From positions 50,840,001 through 50,904,000 of the forward strand of contig NC_043014.1 in assembly GCF_006345805.1 (NCBI RefSeq): 64,000 nucleotides of DNA, read 5' to 3'. Shown here in pieces: positions 54,019 to 64,000 of the stretch. Source of the stretch: Octopus sinensis (taxonomy: Eukaryota). The position numbers and the translations under genes were made by a program. Each line of letters starts with the position of its first letter. The stretch's first letter is position 1. Below the pieces are notes generated by a model. The model saw only the letters and a list, made by a program, of their open reading frames with translations. It searched no databases and was not told the origin of the DNA.

Positions 54019-55595
54019 TTATATTTCAGTATCATATTGAAGCATACGTCTAAGCGTCTGTCTCTGTGGGAAACATTTAGTTGTCTTAACCTGTTATACC
54101 AGTTTTCCTACAGTCAGTAGTGATCTGTCTACACACACCCACACATATACATATAAATATATATGTAAAGGTATATCTCTCTATACATACATATATATAT
54201 ATATATATATTATTGGATTGTACAACTATATATATATATATATCTATATATATATATATATATATATATACATTTACATCTATATATATGTGTGTCTGTG
54301 TGTGTGTATACATTTACATTCATACTCGATTATATATATATATATATATAGATATGTAGCTGTGTGTATGTTTGTATGTATATATGTACGTATGCTGTAT
54401 ATTCACTTGGAGAAGGAGAAAAAGCACACAGTGTCAATGACAATATCCTGACGCCCTAATTTGAAAGAAAAAATAACACGATTAACTTAATTGTTTAAAA
54501 TCCTATTTTTGAAATTCTTTGTGATTTCGTTTCTGAGCGGAAACAGCAACGCATTTCTAACGTAAGCAAAGCAAGTTTAGAACATCATGGATGCTAAAAG
54601 CTAAAACGTAAAGAGCAGAGATATACTATCGGCAGATAATGATATAGTCTAAATTATACTCGAAACATATATATAATCATTGTTGCCAAATACACTTTGC
54701 AAGAAGAAATGTAAAGAAGAAACATCATAATTAGCGCATGACAATTAAAAAAACTGGGATGATATTTAATGTCGTGAGATGAAATTTAATGCAGTCACAT
54801 TAAGAATATCATGTAGCGTATTGAAGAAAATAACCGGAGGATATACGACGTTGAATGTAGACAGTAAAGAACTATTAAATAGGCGAATATAAAGTAGTGA
54901 TGTAACAATAGAGAAATGTTGAAGAAAAGAGGTGGAAGGAAGCGAAAGAGCCAGGGTAGAGGAGGAGGATACGATTGAAGTTGGGAAAGACACGGAAGGA
55001 ACTGGAGCGATTAAATAGGATAATGAGAGAGAAAAAAATGTAAGGAGGCGAAGTAGTGAAAATTGAATGGGAAGAGAGGATTAGAAGTGAGGGGGAAAGC
55101 AAACAGCACAGGGAGAATTTGTGACAAAGGGAGGTGGCATGAAATGCTAAATTGGAAAGTAATGATGCGTGACACAAAGGTTTTGTACAGAACATATTGG
55201 TTCACTAGAACAGCAGACGAATATCTTAAGGAAATAGATGAGGGACAACATCAGAAAGTGGTTGCTGAAGGGGAAGAAAGTAAATTGTTTTGAGGAGAAA
55301 CATATGACATAACGAAAGTACAGAGTAGCTAATAGACGTGGAGAGTGTGAAATTTTTCCAGTGGTATCCAAGACATTGGAAAAAGACATTTGGATTGTTT
55401 CCACGATGATGGGGGGCGGGAAAATGTTTAGTTAAGCAAGTTGTCAAGATGCAAAACAATGGTGTAATCCAGATTGAATTGGAAGCGGCAAACTGAGACT
55501 AGAGGGGTACAACGGCATCTGATGGTCCCTGATGGATTGGTCGCTACATGAATTGTCTCTCTCCCTATCTCTTTCTCTCAACACACATACATACA

Positions 55596-55631
<36 letters not shown>

Positions 55632-56633
55632 TCTATATATACATATAAAGTGGTTCTATAAAGTCAACATAACGTGACAGTCCCGTAGAGGGGATTACAC
55701 CACCGTTATATAGCCCCAGGAAGCATCGACGCTTCCTGTCGGCTTTGACACATTTCCTGTGTCCTTATATTTGCAAAGTGGAGGCAAGCACCCCCACCAG
55801 CTGGGACTAGCAACCTGGATACATGCATGTTTCTGGGTCTTGCCCGTCGTCAGTCCAGGATAGCGTGTCCTCATTTTATAAACCAATATACAGTTATATT
55901 TACTTGTCGTTTCTTGGAATGCAAGTTCTTCCCACAATTTTGCTGCATCAGGGATCGAACTACAAATCCTGGAATCCTCTGCTGCTTTAGGCGTTCTTCC
56001 TTCCTTCCTTCCACCATCCGTCCATGCATACATACAATTAGGTAGTAAGGAACGCATATGCGCTTATATAAAGTTCTCTGCGCGTGTAGATAGTTTTTAG
56101 AATAATTCAAGTGTTTACAATATTTAGCATACACATTAAATGCGACCTAACACTTTTGATCAGAAAGTGAAAATAATTTCTTGGAAAATGTATCGAATTA
56201 AAAAAAGAAATAGAAAGTGAAATTGTTTTTTTGAAAACAGGAAAATTGTGAAATACATCATAGATGAAAAATGCAGAGTAAAGTGATAAAAAGTAGTTAA
56301 AGTCTTTGACAGATAGTAATTATAAAGATTTGACCAGAAAAACTGTGGGAAGTAGAAAAAAGTCCAATAAAACATATAATCATACAAAAAGAAAATACAA
56401 ACTAAAATGGTGATACCGTAGAAATGTCAGTGGAGAAGATATAGAAAGAGTGATGGATATGAAGGAAACAGATCACTACTGACTGTAGGAAAATTGGTAT
56501 AACAGGTTAAGACAACTAAATGTTTCCCACAGAGACAGACACTTAGATGTATGCTTCAATATGATACTGAAATATAAGGCAGCGAGCTGGTAGAACTATT
56601 AGCGTGTCGGACAAAATGCTTAGCGGTATTTCG
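53963..56633. repeat. Long-range inverted duplication: 53963-54128 vs 56468-56633 (~166 bp), 2.34-kb spacer
   Basis: A SINE-C head plus ~110 bp of non-SINE flank (GTGGGAAACATTTAGTTGTCTTAACCTGTTATACC) is present in both orientations with high identity. Confidence 0.85.
55814..55859 (-). ncRNA. Minimal type I hammerhead ribozyme in a ~220-bp GC-richer element (about 55650-55870)
   Basis: Minus strand reads CCTGGA CTGACGA C GGG CAAGA CCC A GAAAC ATGCAT GTA TCCAGG. Stem I is a perfect 6 bp and stem III is the palindrome ACATGCATGT. Confidence 0.75.
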
Positions 56634-58000
56634 TCTGTCGCTACGTTCTGAGTTCAAATTCCGTCGAGGTCGACTTTGCCTTTCATCCTTTCGGGGTCGC
56701 TAAATTAAGTATCACTTACGCACTGGGGTCGATGTAATCGACTTAATCCATTTTCTGTCCTTATTTGTTCCCTCTGTGTTTGGCTCTTGTGGGTAGTAAA
56801 GAAATACGGATTTCGTCCCTCTTTATGTTCTGAGTTCAAATTCTGCCGAGGTCGACTTTGCCTTTCATCCTTTCGGGGTCGCTAAATTAGTATCACTTAC
56901 GCACTGGGGTCGATGTAATCGACTTAATCCATTTTCTGTCCTTATTTGTTCCCTCTGTGTTTGGCTCTTGTGGGTAGTAAAGAATACGGATTTCGTCCCT
57001 CTTTATGTTCTGAGTTCAAATTCTGCCGAGGTCGACTTTGCCTTCATCCTTTCGGGGTCGCTAAATTAAGTATCACTTACGCACTGGGGTCGATGTAATC
57101 GACTTAATCCATTTTCTGTCCTTATTTGTTCCTCTGTGTTTGGCTCTTGTGGTAGTAAAGAAATACGGATTTCGTCCCTCTTTATGTTCTGAGTTCAAAT
57201 TCTGCCGAGGTCGACTTTGCCTTTCATTCCTTTCGGGGTCGCTAAATTAAGTATCACTTACGCACTGGGGTCGATGTAATCGACTTAATCCATTTTCTGT
57301 CCTTATTTGTTCCCTCTGTGTTTGGCTCTTGTGGGTAGTAAAGAAATACGGATTTCGTCCTCTTTATGTTCTGAGTTCAAATTCTGCCGAGGTCGACTTT
57401 GCCTTTCATCCTTTCGGGGTCGCTAAATTAAGTATCACTTACGCACTGGGGTCGATGTAATTGACTTAATCCATTTTCTGTCCTTATTTGTTCCCTCTGT
57501 GTTTGGCTCTTGTGGGTAGTAAAGAAATACGGATTTCGTCCCTCTTTATGTTCTGAGTTCAAATTCTGCCGAGGTCGACTTTGCCTTTCATCCTTTCGGG
57601 GTCGCTAAATTAAGTATCACTTACGCACTGGGGTCGATGTAATCGACTTAATCCATTTTCTGTCCTTATTTGTTCCCTCTGTGTTTGGCTCTTGTGGGTA
57701 GTAAAGAAATACGGATTTCGTCCCTCTTTATGTTCTGAGTTCAAATTCTGCCGAGGTCGACTTTGCCTTTCATCCTTTCGGGGTCGCTAAATTAAGTATC
57801 ACTTACGCACTGGGGTCGATGTAATCGACTTAATCCGTTTGTCTGTCCTTGTTTGTCTCCTCTGTGTTTAGCCTCTTGTGGGTAGTAAAGAAATAGAAAT
57901 AGGTATTCGTTCCTCTTTATGCTCTGAGTTCAAATTTCGCCGCGGTCGACTTTAACATTCATCCTTTCGTGGTGCACAGGGGTCGCTGTAATCGACTTGA
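56580..58000 (+). repeat. SINE-C-derived tandem array, one head plus about 7.5 units of 179-189 bp
   Basis: GTTCTGAGTTCAAATT starts at 56645, 56827, 57007, 57186, 57368, 57550 and 57732, with a diverged copy at 57921. Inner units are nearly identical. Confidence 0.92.
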
Positions 58001-58135
58001 TCCTTGCCACAATAGTTCGGGCTTTCTTCCTAGAGGTAGAAACGATATGATAATATAATATTTCAAGTTGTTTCACCAAACAGGAAGGTTTTGCTTCACT
58101 TCCGTTCTACGAAACATTGGAATAGTGCTTATAGC

Positions 58136-58218
58136 TATGGGCCAGGCCAATGAATAGCTCATGATTCCACACAGTTTCTGTCTGCCAAATTCACTCATGA
58201 GCTATTCATTGGCCTGGC

Positions 58219-58223
<5 letters not shown>
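58136..58223. repeat. Perfect 29-bp inverted repeat with 30-nt loop (88-nt hairpin)
   Basis: TATGGGCCAGGCCAATGAATAGCTCATGA / TCATGAGCTATTCATTGGCCTGGCCCATA, within decayed SINE-A sequence. Confidence 0.9.
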
Positions 58224-58289
<66 letters not shown>

Positions 58290-59069
58290 TCCCCGCCTCG
58301 CTTGAGAACCGGTGATATTATTATTTCCCTGTAACATAGCAGTTCGGCAAAAGATATTGATAGAATTAATATCACATTCAAAAAGATAAGTTCCGGAGTG
58401 AATTTGTTCGATGAAACGCTACCACATGGTACTCCAGCATGACCTGAATCCAATGATGGGGAAAATATATGATAGAAAGTGATATAAAAGGATATTTCAC
58501 ACGTGTGTAAATAATCACACCCTCCCGCATATTCTCAATATTCCAGTCACACATTTTCTAATGAGCCGAACTAATGCTAAGGAGTTCCCTTGTTCTTCCC
58601 TATTATCAACGTTTTCCCTTTTCTTTTTATTAATTAAAAAAAAATTCAATTTAAATGCTTGTTTAAAAATCGTTATTGTGCTGTTTAAGAAGATATTAGA
58701 CGAAACATCCTGATGGTGGATGGGGCCCTTCTCTGAAGATCTTCTGCTGTTTAGCTCCTTTGAGAGTTTCTTGCCGCTTAACAGGACAGTCCCATTGTGC
58801 TTTAAGTTTCATCGCACCATATTCTCGTAACGCTTACTAAAAATTGCCCATGTCGTTGTTTGTCATTTTCTTCATAAATTTTTGTGGAGACACATGGTCA
58901 AAGGCTATTCACCTTTGACTAATTATTTCAGGTGCTGTGTGTACATTTGTAGTAAGTCGATATATTTTTAATTAAGCTGGTTTCCGCTGTTGATGGCTCA
59001 GTATTCCATTCCAATAATTCTTTTTACACTCTTCACAAAGATTATATATATTTATCTGGTTATTATATG

Positions 59070-59442
59070 TTGCCGTCTGTTCTTTCTCGAGCCAAGCCTT
59101 GCTCATAAGGGTCGGGTTCTCGCTTTCAGTGGCGTATAATTTCACCGGTTTTCCGCTTTCATTGGAGTACAGTTTCGCCGGTTTACCGCTTTCAATGGCG
59201 TATAAGTTCCCCACCTGAACGGGACGCCGGCCCGCCTCAGGTGAGCTGCTGGATGCAGGAGGAACGACTGAGCGAAAGTTGTTCCGAGAGAGTCAGCAGA
59301 GGTGCGTCATTACCTTTTGCCGGTGCCACGTGGAGCTTAGATGTTTCGCTCATAAACACACACATCGCCCGGACTGAGATTCGAACCCGCGATCCTTCGA
59401 CCGCGAGTACGCTGCTCCGACCACTAGGCCATGTGCCTCCAC
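59070..59442 (-). mobile_element. SINE family B, diverged, with an internal ~31-bp triplication (about 59110-59210)
   Basis: Head at 59330-59442; CCGGTTT(T/A)CCGCTTTCA...GGCGTATA-type unit repeated three times. Confidence 0.75.
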
Positions 59443-60088
59443 GGTTATTATATACATATATATTAAAATACTTTTATAAAAACAACATAGGTTTTGAATA
59501 TTACATTTTCAAAGATCAGTAACCGGCTGATCCCAAATAACCGGTAACATTGGCAGTGAATTTTCTTCCTTATGTGAACGTGAGCATATGTGAGTGTGTG
59601 TGTATGTATTCGTATATATCTGTGCGTGTGTATGTATTCGTACATATCTGTGCGTGTATCAGGGCGAGCATATGTATTTCTATATGGTATTTTGTGGTTT
59701 TGTTTTCACTGTACATCGATAAATAAAGTTCCTCACCGTGTTATTTAATTCTTCAGTCTATTTCTATCCGCGCGCACACACAAACGCACACAAACACACA
59801 CGTTCAAACACACATAAGCACACATACAAAACCTCGAACCCAAACGCACATTTTCGCTAAAGTTTTGAATACCAAATTTAATCCGGGAAATTTGATGTGG
59901 CCATAAAATTGTGAAACTGATGTATTCATTCATAGAAGTTTTCCGGAGAAAATGTGTATGTATGTGTGTGTGTGTGTGTGTAATATATATGTATGCATGC
60001 TTCAGTGAGTGCGTATGAATATATCTATATCTATATATCTGTTTCTATATATCTGTATAATTATGCGTATAATTATGTGTATACAGAT

Positions 60089-60128
<40 letters not shown>

Positions 60129-60661
60129 GAGCAGACACACAGTCACGCATACAAACACATACATACACACACGCACACATACACATACATACATATACAC
60201 ACACATACTCATACACACATACCAGAATTTCGCACAACTGCCTTCATACGTGACACAAACAATTAACTTTAAATCGTTCAAAGACTTTTAAATAAATACC
60301 GAAACTTGTGTGCAACGGCTGTGTATGAACTACACGTGATTTACAATAAACACATGCAGCCTTCCATGGTACTTGTATAAAAGACTATATTATATGAGTG
60401 ATCAAGTCTACAGCCCTCTTTTGATTTTCTTGCGACAATTTGGTTTAGACAACTAAAGACCAATAGCAATAAAACTTGTTCTATAAAACATTTTCTTTTG
60501 GGACATACAAGAAAAGACTTAGTTGCCAAACCAATATATATATATATGCATATATAGGAATATGCGTATATAGATGTATATTTATATACATATATGTATA
60601 TATGTATATTATGTATATACATATATATATATATATATATACATATATATATGTCTATGTA

Positions 60662-60698
<37 letters not shown>

Positions 60699-60703
60699 TA
60701 AAA

Positions 60704-60749
<46 letters not shown>

Positions 60750-60774
60750 CAAAATGTGACCTCGTGTGTACCGT

Positions 60775-60955
60775 TGGCGATTTTTTTCCTCTGTTTTCCC
60801 TTCTCTGGATCTTTCCTTCTCCTTTGTTTCCGACGAAGAGCTCCGCTCGAAACGTTAAACCCTCCTTCTTTCCTGAGCGTCCAATAATACTATATTTGTT
60901 CCACGTCCTCGCGTTGTTGTGTTTTTTGGTGCTTTCTTGTTTGGATGAACTTTAA
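60775..60955 (+). mobile_element. Third copy of the CCGACGA hammerhead-like element (core 60826-60860)
   Basis: GTTT CCGACGA AGAGCTCCGCTC GAAAC GTT AAAC with matching flanks; directly abuts the block holding the 61031 hammerhead. Confidence 0.6.
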
Positions 60956-61030
60956 ATAACTTCAATGCAGTTAATCTTACACCCTCATTTGTATCTACCC
61001 CTTTTGATGTTTGGGAATTCTCTGATGTTT

Positions 61031-61118
61031 TTTCGGCTGACGAGTACGAGCCATCTGTATTTACTGCATTTTTTGTAGCTTATTAAAGATGTCCTCGTAC
61101 GAAACAATTGTACCGAGA
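61031..61118 (+). ncRNA. Type I hammerhead ribozyme with extended stem II
   Basis: TTTCGG CTGACGA GTACGAG...CTCGTAC GAAAC AATT GTA CCGAGA. Stem II is 7 bp and extended by CATCT/AGATG; stem III is the palindrome ACAATTGT. Confidence 0.8.
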
Positions 61119-61274
61119 TTTTAATCCATTCTTGTTGCTTTTTTCCTATTTGTAATCACCCCACTTGTCGTATGGTTAACACCATATAGATTTCCGGTGG
61201 CATCCTAGTTAAGGACCATATTCATGTGAATTCATTAGAATTCACTTGAATCTCAATTACTTAAACCGTGTATA

Positions 61275-61322
<48 letters not shown>

Positions 61323-62185
61323 GTATATTTCTCTTTCTTTAATGTAAAACTAATGTACTTTGAAAGAGTATTAGCTTGGTTACTGCTAGCATTTGTCGTG
61401 GACGCGCTGAGGCTGCCTCACACAGTCAAGAAACCCAAGTTGCTCTACTGAACCGATAATGTGGAATCATGTTAAAAGATGTTAACTTAAGTGTTCTAAT
61501 TTGTCCAATATTACTTTTGAAAATTTTTGGGTCTAATCTCAATATACTGTTTCCTTTTTACAATAGATCTGAGGGAAATAGGGTCAAATACGGTGAGACA
61601 CTTAGTAATATATATGCTGAACATGACTTCAGATGTACTTGCACACTTAATTGAACACTCAAATTAAACACCTGATATATTGTTTTTGATGTTGGTGTTT
61701 CTTTTTTACTCCTACGTCAATCATATTCAAGCACACGCACGATGATAGACCTTCCAGCAGTGAACATTTCGTCTTTTCAAGTACATCTTCAATTCCATTA
61801 TCTAATTTATCTTGCCCATTTGTTTAAAATGCAAGGCTGTGATTTCAGGTAAATTTGATTACTGTTTCTCGTAGTCAGGACAGGGTTGGAGTGGGGCTTA
61901 TTAAAGAGGGGTTTCAGTAAGGCACTAAACTTAAGAGCTGAATGGTAGGTGCATTGCTTTTAAAACTCCTTCAATACGGATATACATAGGCACTGATACG
62001 TGCGTGCGTATATACAAAAATACATGCATAGAAACGCACGCACACACACACCACACACACACACATATATATATCTATTTAGAAATCGGGATCTACGTAT
62101 TTATACGAATATATATCAAGTGGTACTATCTATATATATATATGTATAACACACACTCACATTCATATATATATATGTGTGTGTG

Positions 62186-62231
<46 letters not shown>

Positions 62232-62241
62232 ATATATATAT

Positions 62242-62651
62242 AAACATTATTGTGAATTGAAGAAATGGAGCTGAGCGCAGATTGAACAGAAATCGTTTTA
62301 TTTCATTCTACACGTGTTTCGAAAGGCACAAATTACCAAATCCGATGAATAATGGGACTATATTGTGTCTTTCTCTTCAGAAAAAAAGGAAAAAATCCGT
62401 TGGAAAAACAGTTTCGCCATGGGCTCTTAGGAGCATAGTTCGATTTGTTTTTGTTTTTGCTCCGCCTCTGTTCTGTTTTTGTTTTTCCAACGGATTTCCT
62501 TTTTTCTTCCTGAAGAGAAAGACACAATATAGTCCCATTATTCAATCGGATTTTGGTAATTTGTGCCTTTCGAAACACGTGTAGAATGAAATAAAACGAT
62601 TTCTGTTCAATCTGCGTTCAGCTCCATTTCTTCAATTCACCAATAATGTTT
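62242..62651. repeat. Long inverted repeat, ~170-bp arms, ~68-bp spacer
   Basis: 62242-62411 is the reverse complement of 62480-62651 with a few substitutions and indels. Confidence 0.9.
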
Positions 62652-62850
62652 TAATTTCAATTATCCGCACCAACGCACGGTTGCAACGCCAGATGGTTGT
62701 ACCTCCAACCGTGCTGTTTACTGCTGTGATTTTTGCTACTAAGGTATCGGTTAAACTTTTGATTAATCTACTACAAGATTATTCATCTTTCTATCTCACA
62801 TATATATATATATATATATTATATATACATATGTGCGTGTGTGTGTATAT

Positions 62851-63269
62851 ACTCTTTCTCTTTTACTCTTTTACTTGTTTCAGTCATTTAACTGCGGCCA
62901 TGCTGGAGCACCGCCTTTAGTCGAGCAAATCGACCCCGGGACTTATTCTTTGTAAGCCCAGTACTCATTCTATCGGTCTCTTTTGCCGAACCGCTAAGTG
63001 ACGGGAACGTAAACACACCAGCATCGGTTGTCAAGCAATGCTAGGGGGACAAACAGAGACACAGACACACATATATATATATATATATATATTATACATA
63101 TATACGACAGGCTTCTTTCAGTTTCCGTCTACCAAATCCACTCACAAGGCATTGGTCGGCCCGGGGCTATAGCAGAAGATACTTGCCCAAGATGCCACGC
63201 AGTGGGACTGAACCCGGAACCATGTGGCTTGTTAGCAAGCTACTTACCACACAGCCACTCCTGCGCCTA
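62851..63269 (-). mobile_element. SINE family A, full copy
   Basis: Same modules. Confidence 0.9.
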
Positions 63270-63289
63270 TATATAATATATATATATAT

Positions 63290-63620
63290 ATGATTGATTG
63301 ATTGATTGATTGATTCTAGTTTCACAGCTTGAGCTGTGGCCATGCTGGGGCACCGCCATTTGGTGTTGCTACTTGGTTTCACTTCACGAAAGCTTTCTAG
63401 CAACTGCCATTTGGTGCATGAGAGTTCGATGCAGCTGCCCTCATCTGCCCCTCCTGCCGTGAAGTTGGTTCATCTGGGACACCTGACAGAAGAGATCCAG
63501 CTTCATTTTAAAGACATCTGCATCCACCCAATGCAGGTCTCTCAGGTTCTTCGGGAGGATTGAAGAGCTGTGGGCCTCGGAAGCCCAGGCTATCACAGAA
63601 TCTTGTCCTACATCTTGATG
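63290..63620 (-). mobile_element. Second CR1-type LINE 3' fragment with (ATCA)n tail
   Basis: Minus strand gives PSRCRTRFCDSLGFRGPQLFN, then after a frameshift LPKNLRDLH-VDADVFKMKLDLF. The tail is GGCGGTGCCCCAGCATGGCCACAGCTCAAGCTGTGAAAC. Confidence 0.8.
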
Positions 63621-63641
63621 GCAAGTTTGGAGTCCTATATA

Positions 63642-63700
<59 letters not shown>

Positions 63701-63747
63701 ATATAATATATATAATATATATATGTATATATATATATATAATGCAT

Positions 63748-63784
<37 letters not shown>

Positions 63785-64000
63785 GTTATACATATGCATA
63801 TATGGGTACAGAACGTCACCGACAGTAAATAACATGACATACGAAGACAAATGAGTTCAATACGCAAACAACGAGAGAAAAAATGGAAAACAGGGCAAGT
63901 AACATAAAAAACGACCCTTCATCTGTCATCTGTTGTCGGCTGTCTATCTACTCCTCATTTCGAGCATTGAACGACAAGTAAGTTTATATATATATATATA

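Noticed and set aside
54770-55480. Purine-rich stretch possibly from an old CR1/L2 3' end (LIDVESVKFF)
   Set aside because: Too degenerate to support a call by eye.
56645-57920. CRISPR-like or ribozyme-bearing interpretation of the 181-bp array
   Set aside because: Units are whole near-identical repeats with no unique spacers, and no CUGANGA/GAAA core was found on either strand.
58690-58920. Possible Tc1-like transposase remnant
   Set aside because: No diagnostic motif recovered in any frame.
60505-60540. Mariner-like terminal repeat (minus strand TATTGGTTTGGCAACTAAG)
   Set aside because: No matching second end found.

Overview
Eukaryotic, AT-rich, repeat-dominated DNA with no intact protein-coding gene that I can recognise. 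The dense (TA)n/(TATC)n/(TATG)n/(CA)n/(TAA)n microsatellites and the tRNA-derived SINE families suggest an octopus genome (inference, not a database match). Most ORFs in the supplied track are microsatellite translations. Recognisable content: three SINE families, 3' fragments of CR1-type LINEs, R4/Dong-type LINE fragments in (TAA)n tracts, a non-autonomous Helitron, a mariner remnant, Penelope-like fragments and a histone H2A pseudogene. The main unexplained signal is a set of type I hammerhead ribozyme folds found by eye: five with intact cores and stems, three carrying a shared core variant, and one decayed. Two intact ones sit in a ~491-bp head-to-tail tandem array (13732-15030) with one hammerhead per unit, a retrozyme-like layout predicting a ~491-nt self-excising and possibly circular RNA. 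The window also holds several inverted duplications (29-285 bp arms, spacers 30 bp to 2.3 kb), a possibly decayed multi-RRM (PARP14-like) coding region and one candidate orphan exon. All pairings, alignments and coordinates were read manually, and family names come from recall; ribozyme activity is untested.
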